Assembly (NCBI GenBank): GCA_964016885.1
Contig: OZ024741.1
Coordinates: 337,094,001 to 337,158,000, forward strand
From: Eledone cirrhosa
Taxonomy: Eukaryota
Reading direction: 5' to 3'
Length of the DNA stretch: 64,000 nucleotides
Below the pieces are notes generated by a model. It saw nothing but the letters and a program-made list of their open reading frames with translations, was not told the DNA's origin and did not search any database. How positions within the stretch are numbered: position 1 is the first letter of the stretch; every line of letters begins with the position of its first letter. This document shows, piece after piece, positions 40,401-54,169 of the stretch. A program made the translations under genes and the position numbers.

Positions 40401-40620
40401 TTGTTTCATTTCGGTTACTTCAATGTTGACCTAACAACTTCCATCAATGGGAACACTCTTCACAATAATTCTTCTTAGAAAGTAATCCAGAGAAATGTTT
40501 TGTCATTTTCCCACAAGTGTTTAATATTTTTGAAAATCAATCAAACTAAAGCAATTAAATAACTTAAGCAATCAAACTAAAAGTATTAGCTATATGGAAC
40601 TTATGGATAAAATTCAAATT
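37489..40620 (+). other. Putative long AT-rich 3' UTR of gene A
   Basis: One of the longest microsatellite-free stretches in the window, directly after the stop codon, with several AATAAA hexamers (near 38725, 38783, 39610). The end point is uncertain. Confidence 0.4.
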
Positions 40621-40838
40621 ATATAGAATAGAAAGTCAATTGAAATAAAACTGTATACACATTTGAAATACACTAAATCAGATGTATAACCTTTATAATC
40701 TGAAATCAATATATATATATATACATATACATATATATGTATGTATATATATATATATATATATATATGTAAAAGGTAAACAGAAATAACAACACAATTG
40801 ATATATATATATACGTACATATATATATACATGTATAT

Positions 40839-40903
<65 letters not shown>

Positions 40904-41509
40904 TATATATATACATATGTATATATACATACACACACATATATATATATATATATATATTCGGATTTTTTAAATATATTCATCAAATAAATAGATTTTA
41001 TTCCATGTTCTCTTTTGAATATTTGAAATACTTCCTGATTATGAACAAAAAGCAGCAAAGCAGCAACTTATTGAAACTACATCACATGTTTACATGAAAG
41101 ATTACTTATAACTTACACAATCTTAGCTTTAAGTTCACTATAATGAAATGGCAGAGGAAAAATATTTGGAAAATAATTCAAAACATATCCAGTTTTTAAT
41201 GAAATCTAAGGAACAGCTTTGTAATAAAATACATAATTTTCAAAGAATAATTCTTTCTTTCGTTCTTTCTTTCTTTATTTATTATAAAGTAACAATATAA
41301 AAGAATATGTTGTTTGCTTCGCATGCACAAAGTTATTTTGAAAATTGCATATTTGGTTGTTCAATAATTCTTAACATTAGTGTTAAATAATGAAATATTT
41401 AGAACCATATGTGATGAATTAACAGCTGAAAATATTTGGCAGAATGCTGATGAATTAAACTTATATTTTAAGAATTGTGAAATTTCAGTACGGCTTTATA
41501 TGATAATGA

Positions 41510-43155
41510 CAATATTAGTTTCTGATTTAGACACAAGGCCAGCAATTTTGGTGGGAAGAGTAAAGCTGATTAAATCAACCCCAGTGCATAACTGGTGCTT
41601 TATTTTATTGATCTCAAAAGGATGTAAAGCAAAACTAACATTGGCAGGATTTGAACTCAGAATATAAAAAGCCATGACATGTCACAAAGCATGTTGTCCA
41701 ATGCCCTACTAATTCTGGTAATCTAATGCTCTCAGAAAAATAGTTTCTCATTTAGGCACAAGGCTAACAATTTTAGACGAGGGAAAATTTGATTAAATTG
41801 GCCCCAGTGTTTGACTGGTACTTTATTTTATTGAATATAGAAGAATTTAGAGTAAAGTTTTAACTTTGGAAGGTAAAGAGGTGGAATAAATACAGCAAGA
41901 TATTCTGTTTAATGCTCTAACAACTCTGTTAATCCACTACTTTAATAATAGTTGTAAAATTAAATGTTTCTAACCTGGGCTCAAAGTGAAATATTGGAGA
42001 AGGACGCTAGCTAGTTGATTAACTCAACCCCAGCAAGGATGAAAAGTGAAGTGAACCTCAGTGAGATTTGAACTTGAGAATGTAAAGAGCTTGAACTAAT
42101 ACCACAAAGCACTTGGCCCAATTCTCTACTAATTAACCATTTAGCATTTACAATACGCTATATATACTATTGTATTTTCGTGGTAAATGCTTTATCTTAC
42201 ATAATTATCTCACATAATATCGAATCTATGAGATTTTGATGTTATTTATTTTGAGAACAATACCTTAATGTGGGTATGAGCGCCCAGTTACAGCCAGCTT
42301 GAACAGAAAGAGGTGAAAAAATTCTGGCTGGATATGGCAGGTTTAACCCTTTAACTTTAATAACAATAATAACAATTGTTTCAACTTTTGGCACAAAGCC
42401 AGCTATTTCCCCAGTGCATTACTGGTACATATTTTATCGACCCCGTAAGGATGAAAGGAAAAGTTTACGTCAGTGGGATTTGAACTCAGACCGTAAAGGC
42501 CCAATAATAATAATGGTAATGAGGTTAGTTTGGAGAGTTTGGGAAAATCAATTAAATTGACCTCCAGTGCGTTACTGGTACTATTTTATTAACCTCATAA
42601 GGATGAAAGGAAAAGCTAACTTAGATGGGATTCGAACTCAAAACATAAAGAGCTGTAACTCTCTGCTTCTAAGCTTGTTGTCTGACACTCTACTGATACT
42701 GCTAATCCATATAATAATTGTTTCTACTTTTGGCACAAGGCCAGAAATTACCCAGTACATTACTGGTACTTTATTTTATCGACCCCGTAAGGATGAAAGG
42801 CAAAGTTAACCTCGGCGGAATTTGAACTCAGAATGGAAAGGGCCGTAACTCTATGCGTCAAAGCATGGCGTCCGACCCGCTACCGATACTGCCAATCCAC
42901 CGCCCTCTAATCCATATAATAATGATAACAGTGATTTCTAATTATAAGGCCAGAATCTTAGGGGATGTGAAAGTTGATTATATTGGCCTCCACTAGAGGA
43001 CTAGCACTATAATTTATAGAGCCCTCACCCCAGAAAGATGAATGGTAAAGTTATCCTTGAGATGATACACATTCAGAACATAAAGAAAGGGCCATAACTA
43101 AATGCCACAAACCATTTTATCAGATGTTCTAATGATTCTGCCAATTCACTGCCCT
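41510..43155 (-). mobile_element. Cluster of co-oriented SINE family 1 copies of different ages, including a young copy at 42719-42906
   Basis: About seven copies. The young copy has TSD ctaatccatataataat at 42702-42718 and 42907-42923. Confidence 0.85.
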
Positions 43156-43719
43156 TGATGATGTCTAATAACGAAAAAGAATAAAGAAAGATACAAAGTA
43201 AGGAGAAAAATAAAGAGTCCAAGTAAAAGAGAGAGAGATAGAAGGAGAAAAGATATATATATATATAGAGAGAGAGAGGGAGAAGGTAATGATGTATATA
43301 TATTTAAAAAATGATTTATTAAATTGCTTACTAATAATGATCACCTGTTCCCTAATTCAATAGAAGAATAATGTTAGATTTATAATACTTGGATAAAACA
43401 AAAGAAAGAATATATTATATGAGTGTAGATGAATTATTCTCAGCAAATATGTATTTATAGGATTTTAAACTGATCCAACTTGCAGCTTAATCTTCTTAAG
43501 TACTAAAAAGCAGAGTTTACTAGTGGCTACAGTAGTTATTACATACACATCATACTAAATGGGTTGGCAGACGACTTTTTCATGTTCACACCATAGTACT
43601 GTCCAAGCTGCTTCCATTACATCAGCAGTAACCATTCAACTCCAGAGACGGATATAGAGCGGCCAGAGAATCAATCCACCAGTCAGATGTTTTTTGGGGG
43701 GTAAGTAACAAAAATAACT

Positions 43720-43830
<111 letters not shown>

Positions 43831-44132
43831 GTATGCATATATGTATGTTGTTCTGTTTGTATATATGTATATATATATATGCATATGTGTATGTTTGGGT
43901 GTTTATATATATTATGAATATATAGAAATCTGTGTATATATACATATTCATATATATCTATAGATAGATAGATAGATGCACACACATGTATGTGTGTAAG
44001 TGAGTAAGAGTGTGTATGTGTGTGGATAATAAAAGTATAAAAGTATAATGGGATTAATTTCATATAAAATGGAAAAAATATTAATCTAAAAATGCATGTA
44101 GAATATTAGTTACACCAATAATATATATATAA

Positions 44133-44183
<51 letters not shown>

Positions 44184-44578
44184 TATATATATATAAAGTG
44201 TGTGTGTTTAATGCTTATTTTCTATTTTATTGTTGTTATCGTTGTATTCAACCTTATCTTATTGTTGTCCAGGGGAATTATTTATCATGTAATCTTAATA
44301 TTTCTTTCTAAAATTGTACAGAGCCAAAACCAGCAGGGGATATTGGTCTGTTTATATGTTTATATATGTTAAATCCATAAAATACTGTGAGATAGTGTTG
44401 GTGTTGTTGTTGTTGTTCGTTAATCACATGTTGAGCTGTTGTACACACACACACAGACACTAACAAATATATATATCATCATCATCATCATCACCGTTTT
44501 ACGTCCGTTCTTCCACGCTAGCATGGGTTAGACGCATATATATATATATTTATATGCGTGTGTGTATGTATTCATGTT

Positions 44579-44639
<61 letters not shown>

Positions 44640-44666
44640 TTGTGTGTATATATATGTTTGAGTGTG

Positions 44667-44742
<76 letters not shown>

Positions 44743-45134
44743 TTTATATATATATTTATACAAAAGCTCAACATGTGATTAATGAACAACAATATCATAT
44801 ATATACATATGTATGTGTATATGTGTGAGTAAGTAAGTATGTATATATATGTATATAGATAAAAATGTATGTATATATATATGTAATATGTAAGTATGTA
44901 TGCGTGATAGTCTGTCCTGCTAAATATAGCCAATGATATCTGTTTAGTGCACTGAGAAATAAACAACAGACGAACTAACATCGTTATATTCCAGACATCC
45001 ATTCATATGTATTTGTGTTAAGGATAGGGAAAATGAAGATAGAGAGACTGTTGGATGGATGGATGCATAGATTGATGGATGTAGTATGATTGTTATATAT
45101 GTGTATGTGTGTGTGTATGTATATGCATATATGT

Positions 45135-45181
45135 GTGTGTCTGTGTAAATATATATGTACATATATGTATGTGTGAGTATC

Positions 45182-45212
<31 letters not shown>

Positions 45213-45247
45213 AAATATATATGTACATTTATGTATGTGTGAGTATC

Positions 45248-45294
<47 letters not shown>

Positions 45295-45321
45295 TTGTGT
45301 GTATATATATGTTTGAGTGTG

Positions 45322-45381
<60 letters not shown>

Positions 45382-45572
45382 CAAAAGCTCAATATGTGAT
45401 TAATGAACAACAATACCATATATATACATATGTATGTGTATATGTGTGAGTGAGTAAGTATGTGTGTGTGTGTAAATATAAATGTACATATATGTATGTG
45501 TGAGTATCTATATATATATATATGTGTGTGTGTGTGTAAATATATATGTACATATATGTATGTGTGAGTATC

Positions 45573-45607
<35 letters not shown>

Positions 45608-45838
45608 AAATATATATGTACATTTATGTATGTGTGAGTATCTCTATATATATATGTGTGTGTGTGTGTAAATATATATGTATATATATGTATGTGTGAG
45701 TATCTATCTATATATATATATATATATGTGTGTGTATGTGTAAATATATATGTACATATATGTATGTGTGAGTATCTATATATATATATGTGTGTGTGTG
45801 TGTGTAAATATATAAGTACGCATATGTATGTGTGAGTA

Positions 45839-45889
<51 letters not shown>

Positions 45890-46126
45890 TTAAATATATA
45901 TGTACATATATGTATGTGTGAGTATCTATATATATATATATGTGTGTGTGTGTGTAAATATATATGTACATATATGTATGTGTGAGTATCTATATATATA
46001 TATATATATATGTGTGCGTGTGTGTGTAAATATATATGTACATATATGTATGTGTGAGTATCTATATATATATATATGTGTGTGTGTGTGTAAATATATA
46101 TGTACATATATGTATGTGTGAGTATC

Positions 46127-46161
<35 letters not shown>

Positions 46162-46198
46162 AAATATATATGTACATATATGTATGTGTGAGTATCTA

Positions 46199-46268
<70 letters not shown>

Positions 46269-46440
46269 AAATATATATGTACATATATGTATGTGTGAGT
46301 AAATACCATTATATATATTTAAAGGATTGTAAATAAACGAGTAAATCAGACAAAGTTGGAATTCCTCTTATTAATATATATATATATATATATGTGTGTA
46401 TGTGTAAATATATATGTACGCATATGTATGTGTGAGTATC

Positions 46441-46477
<37 letters not shown>

Positions 46478-46639
46478 TTAAATATATATGTACATATATG
46501 TATGTGTGAGTATCTATATATATATATATGTGTGTATGTGTAAATATATATGTACATATATGTATGTGTGAGTATCTATATATATATTATATGTTGTGTG
46601 TGTGTGTGTAAATATATATGTACATATATGTATGTGTGA
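45135..46639. repeat. Compound minisatellite: fixed core aaatatatatgtacatatatgtatgtgtgagtatc plus variable (TA)n(TG)n
   Basis: About 20 units running into the assembly gap. Confidence 0.9.
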
Positions 46640-46839
46640 NNNNNNNNNNNNNNNNNNNNNNNNNNNNNNNNNNNNNNNNNNNNNNNNNNNNNNNNNNNNN
46701 NNNNNNNNNNNNNNNNNNNNNNNNNNNNNNNNNNNNNNNNNNNNNNNNNNNNNNNNNNNNNNNNNNNNNNNNNNNNNNNNNNNNNNNNNNNNNNNNNNNN
46801 NNNNNNNNNNNNNNNNNNNNNNNNNNNNNNNNNNNNNNN
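46640..46839. other. Assembly gap (200 N)
   Basis: Run of N. Confidence 1.
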
Positions 46840-47009
46840 TCTCTCTCTATGCATATATATATATATATATATGTGTGTATGTATATGCATATATGTGTGT
46901 GTGTGTAAATATATATGTATATGTACATATATGTATGTTTGAGTATCTATATATATATGTGTGTGTGTGTGTATGTTTATGTATATATATATATATGTAA
47001 GTGTGTGGA

Positions 47010-47095
<86 letters not shown>

Positions 47096-47377
47096 CAATG
47101 GAAAGGGTAAGGTAGGGGAGGAAGGTAGAAGAAAGTATAAAAGCAGAGAAAGAGAAAAATATGATAGAAAGAGAAGTTTATATGTATAGGAAAAAGTAGG
47201 AAAAGTAGAACAAAAAAAATGCATTATATATGTATACGTATATATATATATGTGTGTATGTGTGTATGTATATATATATGTGTATATATATATATATACA
47301 TATACATACACACACACATATATATATATACATATACATATATAATGCATTTTTTTGTTATATATATATATATATAC

Positions 47378-47408
<31 letters not shown>

Positions 47409-47882
47409 ATATAATATATATACTATATACATATATATATATGTATATATATATATTATTATGTATGTATGTGTGTGTATATATAGATCTATAGGTAAGT
47501 AGATAGATAGATATACTGACAGATAGATTGATCGATGCATAGATGCACCTCCTACAATACAGACTGATATATTATGACGCATTTTATTCTACTTCTAATA
47601 GAAAGGTTTAAAAACTATTTGAGACTACAGGAATCCATTGTTGTGTTTCTAAGTTAATCCATCCTGACATATAACTGTAGTAACTTCAAATAGGAACAAA
47701 TGAAAGCAGAATATCAACACAGAGTGTATAAATACTGCTGATGAGTTTGACCATTGCTTCAAGGTAGAATAGTTATGGCTGTTGTATCATTATACTATCT
47801 CGCATCCTCTCCTGTTGACCTTTCCACAACACGAAGCCATGCGCGGTTCATTTAGTTTTACTTTAATCTATCTTAGTTGCCA

Positions 47883-47975
47883 TTAACTTCCTATCATAAC
47901 TGCTGTGGCAGTCTGATTACCTTTGGAACATTTCTCTTTTTTCTTTTCTTGCTTCTCTCTTTTCTTCTGTTTATT
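47883..47975 (-). CDS. Probable terminal exon of host gene B (NKQKKREKQEKKKEKCSKGNQTATAVMIGS*)
   Basis: Strong minus-strand acceptor ccttgtatttttAG, with a phase-0 frame open to TAA, compatible with exon 51211-51336. Confidence 0.45.
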   Translation of the reverse strand, partial: NKQKKREKQEKKKEKCSKGNQTATAVMIGS

Positions 47976-48179
47976 CTAAAAATACAAGGTGGACCATAAT
48001 TAGCTTGCTACCCTGCTCTTAAGAAAAGTGATTAAAAAACAAAACAAAACAAGAACCCACAGTGATATAAAATTTTATTCTAAATGTAATACATAGGTAT
48101 CTCATGTAAGCTTATATATTTACATTAAATGATTTAAACAATGGTTGTTTGCATTAAACCAAGTATACCACTGCAGTCT

Positions 48180-48254
<75 letters not shown>

Positions 48255-49174
48255 TATATATATCAAACAATTTTTCTCACACATATTTCACAATGCGCAT
48301 GCTCAAAATTTTAATGTCTTTTCCTTACATTTAAATTAAATCTGCCATCCTAACAACAACTCATCTTCGATGGGTCTTTTAAGATTTTCACAGGGATACT
48401 CACTTAATAATGGGTTTTTAAACCCCTAAATATCCGGGATTATTAAATTTGCTAGGTAAAGTTCTATCATTATCTTGGCACCTTTAATTTTCTAATGCAT
48501 TGTATGGCTTTTAAAATTATTTAAATTCATATTTCCTATTCAAAAATGATTCAAGCAAACTATAACAACCTGATATATATATAGTGTAAGTGATTCAGTG
48601 AATTACTGGTGGTAGTACCAAAACAAGCACTTTATGCACAAGCAGAGTGTATATATTTTTAAAAAAATGATAGCTTCGCTTACATGTAAACGAAACTACA
48701 TCTAACAATGCAAATGACACAATACATTGAAAATATATATTAGTTTAACGCTTAAACGAACATGAAAAGAGTCTTAACGTTTTAGATACTAGTCCTTCAT
48801 CAAAAGGTAGAATTAGAAATATAAGATAAAATAGAAAGATAAAGAGTGAAAAGATGAAAGAAAAAAAAATGAGAAAAAGACATGCATGCATATTTAGTCA
48901 GACAATATATATATATATATATATATTCATACAAAATTTACAAACAAAAGAAAAGTGTACTCAATAAGTTGATGGATGATCCTGCATCCAGAGTAACAAG
49001 AGTCACAACTTAGCCATAATAAACACTGAGTTTGGAATTTGATGTCAAAACAGCAAGAGTTCAGCTGTCGGGCCCTGACTCTATGATATTTACAGTCACC
49101 TATCCCAAGTATCAAGTACCCTGCTGAATTATGGTCCTACTACTTTTAAACTGATATAATCCTGATCTCTCTCA

Positions 49175-49223
<49 letters not shown>

Positions 49224-49474
49224 TAACTTTGATAGATTTGGGCCAGTGTTGACCTAAGCCATGTCTAACTTAATAGCACCACAGAAGGTGGGCTATAATT
49301 AGCTAAGTAGTTTACTGATAAGAAATGTAAATAATGTTGATATTACACATTATACCCAATGCAATGTAGTACATCGGCAATTCATGTATATTTATATAGT
49401 TTCATGGACTGTTTGTTATATTTAATATGTTGCCTGTTTGCAGGCATCACATTATGTTTTATTATAGGTGGTTT

Positions 49475-50280
49475 GGTAGTAATTGGTAGAGTGTCAGACA
49501 GCATGCTGTGCAGCATACAATTACAGCTGAGGTTAGCTTTGCATTTCATCCTTATGTGGGCAATAAAATGAAGTATCAGTGATGCACTGGGGGTTGATAA
49601 CCATTATTATTATAATTAGGGTGGTGGAGTGACAGTATCGGTAGAGCATCAAACAACATTTTTGTGACATCTAGTTATGGCTCTTTACATTCTGAGTTCA
49701 AATCCCACCACAGCTAGCTTTGCCTTTCATCTTTACAAGGTTGACAAAATAAGATATCAGTAAAACACTGAGGTCAATTTAATTGATTTCCCCTCCCCCA
49801 AAATTGTTGATCTTGTCCCTAAATCAAAAGCCATTATTATTATAATTAGTGTGATGAATTGACAGAATCAGTAGAGCATCAGAAAACATTCTTTGTGACA
49901 CTTAGTTAAGGCCCTTTATGTTCTTAGTTCAATTCCAACGATGGCTAGCTTTGCCTTTCATCATTAGAGGGTCGATAAAATAAAGCAACAGTAATGAACT
50001 GGGATCAATTTAACCCTTTAGCATTTAAGCTGGCCACATCTGGCCAGAATTCTCTCACCTCTTTCTGTTCAAACTGGTCGTAACCAGTCACTTATACAGA
50101 CGTTAATGTATTGTTCTCAAAATAAATAACATCAAAATCTTGTAGATTCAATATTATGTAAGATAAAGTCTTTACCACAAAAATACAACAGTATATATAG
50201 AGAAAAGAAAATACTAAAGGGTTAATTGACTTCCTCCTCACCCTAAAATTGTTGGTCTTGTACCTAAATCAGAAACCATT
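49475..50280 (+). mobile_element. Three old SINE family 1 copies; the third is interrupted by a TTAA MITE
   Basis: Diverged family sequence that resumes at 50226 after the MITE. Confidence 0.8.
50014..50221. mobile_element. TTAA-targeting (piggyBac-like) MITE; diverged relative at ~42135-42355
   Basis: TTAA|ccctttag...ctaaaggg|TTAA interrupting a SINE at its tttaattga site. Confidence 0.8.
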
Positions 50281-50599
50281 TTAATCTGTAATTGTGGCCC
50301 ACCCTGTATTTTTGTTTTTAGCTGACCAAGTTTTCCTAAGAAAAACAAAATGATTTTCATATCTTTTCAAAAGTATTTCTAATTAATTAATTTATAACAT
50401 AATCTTTCATAATAATCTTTATTGATTTGCATATTTATATGTTTATTGAAACTCTTCCAAATGTTTGTATTTACCATAATATTATTATTATTGTTGTTGT
50501 TGTTGTAGTTGTACATTGCCTAACCTTATTCAATTGTAATTTAATCTTGATTGTCTGAATGTTATTGTGGTTGATGTTGTTGTCATTGTCATCATTTCT

Positions 50600-51186
50600 T
50601 ACTACCACCACCACCACCACTATTACCACCATTGCCAACATCGTCATCATCATCACCACCACAACTATTGTCATCTTTATCATCACCACTATCGCAGCCA
50701 CCATAACCACCACAGTCCTTACCAAACCACCACTCCACCAATACCACCATAATCACCAGAACAATCCCCACCAGTGCCCCAACCACTCCACCATCATCAT
50801 AACCACCACCACAACAACAACCACCCCCACCACCATCATCACCACCACCACCACAACAATGATCACCATCACTACCATGACCACGACCACCACCACGACC
50901 ACGACCACCACCACGACCACCACCAACACCATCAACACCACCATCATAACCACCACCACAACAACAACCACCCCCACCACCACCACAACAATGATCACCA
51001 TCACTACCACGACCACGACCACCACCACCACCACAACCATCACCACCGCCCCAACACCATCAACACCACCATCATCACCACCACCACCACCATCACCTCC
51101 ACCACCAACACCACCACCATCATCTCCCTATTACAACCATCAGCACCACCACCATCAGCACCACCACCAACACCACCATCATCATC
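50600..51186. repeat. Degenerate (CAC/CAT/AAC)n trinucleotide repeat
   Basis: Produces the spurious poly-T/H/V ORFs. Confidence 0.9.
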
Positions 51187-51210
51187 TGCCTGTCACAATC
51201 ATCAACTTAC

Positions 51211-51336
51211 AGTGTAGTATGCCAATGTCATAGTAGATAATGGATCTGTTGGTGCCATAGCCAATATTAGATTGTAATATTCATCTGAAGAGTCCTGCTG
51301 CTTTTCATTGTTCCTGACATTATCAGTAATAGAATT
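51211..51336 (-). CDS. Probable internal exon of host gene B (NSITDNVRNNEKQQDSSDEYYNLILAMAPTDPLSTMTLAYYT)
   Basis: On the minus strand: acceptor ttattgctgattAG and perfect donor GTAAGT (acttac 51205-51210). 126 nt open, phase 0-0. An alternative internal acceptor would start the exon at 51284. Confidence 0.45.
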
Positions 51337-52404
51337 CTAATCAGCAATAATCTTTGGAATAAAGTCAGAAACTGCACTCTCAGATCATATTTGCCAGTTT
51401 GAAAAATAAAAATAACATCATATACTGTACAGATAATATCAATTTGAAATCATTTCATATAATCTTATATTATATGAACTAGGTTGTGTTTGTGTGTCTA
51501 TTTTTCAGTCTATCTGTCTGTTGGCTTCTGTGTGTGTAAATGTGAATGTGTGAATGTGTGTGTGTATGAATGTGTGTGTGTGTGTGTGAATGTGTGTGTG
51601 TGTATGAGTGTGTGTGTGTGTGTGAATGTGTGTGCGAATGTGTGTGTGAATGTGTGTGCATGTATGTGTGAATGTGTGTGTGTGTGTGAGTGTGTGTAAA
51701 TGTGCATGTGTGTATATGCGTGTGCATGAGTGGGGGTGCGATTGAAGAAAATGTATATATGTGTGTGTGTTTGTGTGATCTGTGAGTATGTGTATGTGTG
51801 TATGAATGTGTGTGTGCGTGTGGGGGGGGGGGTATTAGAGGAACATTTCTATATGTGCGTGTGTGTGTCAATAAGTAATATTTTGCATAATATATGCATT
51901 TATACAGGGCAGATTATAAGATATACATCAGCACATAAAATATATACACTGTCACATAGATACCAAGCAATTTACCTCCACCCCCACACATATATATATA
52001 TACATATATTGATGTTGGTGGAGATGATGATATATATGTATTCATTATTTTTATGTCAACCTTTACATGGTGGCATGGGTAGGATGGGATATTTTGAGGC
52101 AATGATTTACAGCTGGATGATCTACTTGATACCAGCTCTTTTAGTTATTTCTTGCAGCATGCAGGGATGTAGTGCATCTATTCTAAATCATATATATATA
52201 TATATAACATGAATGGACCTGTTATTTTACTCTAAAATCATTTTTTCCAATTTCACCCCTTCAATCTATCTAATTTATCATTCTTTCTTCTGATAAAGGA
52301 CTAGCATCCAAAACGTTAAGACCCTCTTCCTGCTATTTGAAGCGTTAATCTAATATATTTCTTCCATATACTATACCAATTGTGTTTTTATTTCTGTTTA
52401 CCTT

Positions 52405-52438
<34 letters not shown>

Positions 52439-52440
<2 letters not shown>

Positions 52441-52754
52441 GTAAAAGGATGATTAACATGGATAAGTGTTATAATAAGGGTTTTAAGACAATGAATTAAT
52501 TGATTATTAGGCGATGAAACATGTTAATGCTTGGAGTAAAAACCTAATATATCACTTATCTCTGTTAATCATCCTTTTACCTGTTATTACTACTACAAGA
52601 ATTACTAATCACGGAACTTTCAGCGATCTACCCTCCGAAAAACCTAAATAAACCTCTTGTTGAGTCATCTAGCACCATATGCTAAAGTATTCCTCAGTAC
52701 AGATTACTCGTAACCTGAGCTTAGGTAACCTTAAACCATATCTCGTTTAATTTT
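52439..52754. mobile_element. Fold-back insert in (TA)n
   Basis: aggtaaaaggatgattaaca..gataagtg (from 52439) is inverted versus cacttatc..tgttaatcatccttttacct (to 52582). Unpaired extension to the TA at ~52754; the centre has GAAA-catg-TT. Confidence 0.7.
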
Positions 52755-52971
52755 ATATATATATGGTTGATTTAGAAAGTATTGGAAAATTTCAAAATGT
52801 GTGTGTCCCAATGTAAATAACTACAACACTAGTACCAGTGGTACTTTTTTCAACCAGTATTTATGATTATTTGTGTTAGGATTCACATATTTCACACACA
52901 TATATATATATTTAATACAAATAGTGAAAACAATGAAATTAAACAAAATACATAGTCAAACTCATTATTTT

Positions 52972-53153
52972 TGGATTGGCAGTATTGGTAGAGGGTCGGA
53001 CGCCATGCCTTGATGCATTGAGTTACGGCCCTTGCCATTCTGAGTTCAAATCCCGCCGAGGTTAACTTTGCCTTTCATCCTTACGGGGTCGATGAAATAA
53101 AGTACCAGTAAAACACTGGGGTAATAGCTGGCCTTGTGCCAAAAGTAGAAACA
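52972..53153 (+). mobile_element. SINE family 1
   Basis: Near-identical to other young copies. Confidence 0.9.
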
Positions 53154-53608
53154 ATTATTTTACGATCGTTTCTGGGGCGTAGTTCTCTGTATGTTCATTC
53201 TATTAGTGATCTATGTAAAATATATTACAAATTATCAAAGTAAGAAAATATACATACGTCTTCCCTACCCGCTGTCTTCAGAAATAATGAGTTTTGTTTA
53301 TTGAAGAAAATAAAAAGATGTATGAATAAGTAACCTTTTAAGAACAGGGTTAATATATAGGTAAGAAAATAATAAAATGTGTGTAAGTATTGTATTGTGT
53401 TAGTGAATGAAGTTTTACCTGTAGAGAATTTTATTTTCGAATAAGAAATTTCATTAATAATCTGGTTTTCTTAATAGGTTTTGTTAGAGTGTTGAATATA
53501 ATGTAATATATAGTGCTCATTAATAGTTAATTATTTAAAACAGTTATAGGGGTGAAATATAGGATTGAATCTATGGAGTAATTCTAATGGCAAAAAATAT
53601 ATATACAT

Positions 53609-53670
<62 letters not shown>

Positions 53671-53676
<6 letters not shown>

Positions 53677-53947
53677 ACAGGGAGAAAAAGACGATTATTA
53701 GATATTATTATCATTTGATAATGCATAAAAATACTGAAACCGGTAATAGACAATTATTAAATATATAAATAAATAAATAAATCCCATTGTTAATTAATAA
53801 ATAAATTAACTAATACCTTAACACTTCACACAAAGTAAAATATTTCGTTTTAATCATTTTCTATCCCAGAAAAAAAGAGAGAGAAAAATAAAAAGGAAAA
53901 AAAAAAATTTTTCTTCCTAATAATCGTCTTTTTCTCCCTGTTTTCAT
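53671..53947. mobile_element. Insert in (TA)n with perfect 31-bp terminal inverted repeats
   Basis: atgaaaacagggagaaaaagacgattattag (53671-53701) and its reverse complement (53917-53947). Internal decayed motif ttgataa...GAAA-ccgg-TA. Confidence 0.75.
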
Positions 53948-54002
53948 ATATATATATATATATATATCCTAACTCGTGTGCTCCCTCTCCACATTTTATT
54001 CT

Positions 54003-54038
<36 letters not shown>

Positions 54039-54040
<2 letters not shown>

Positions 54041-54150
54041 CGAGGGGGTTGTGGTAAGGAAACAGATGGACCATAACGCACCAGAGTGGGTAATAGAAAA
54101 AGTATGACCCCGACGGCAGAGCTCTGCCGTCGGGGTCACACTTTTTCCTA
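54039..54150. repeat. GC-rich island in (TA)n with a perfect 34-bp spacerless palindrome
   Basis: tgaccccgacggcagag|ctctgccgtcggggtca at 54105-54138, extendable to 54096-54147, with an unpaired extension on the left. Confidence 0.85.
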
Positions 54151-54169
54151 TATATATATATTTTTTATA

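Noticed and set aside
43571-43700. Plus-strand exon ending at a strong GTAAGT donor
   Set aside because: All three frames contain stops and the acceptor is weak. At most a non-coding exon.
45135-46639. CRISPR-like alternation of constant core and variable spacer
   Set aside because: The spacers are only (TA)n(TG)n, the context is eukaryotic, and there are no cas genes.
50559-51233. 224-aa Thr/His/Pro-rich ORF resembling a mucin with a signal peptide
   Set aside because: It is a degenerate trinucleotide repeat open in several frames on both strands, and it lies just inside a probable minus-strand intron.
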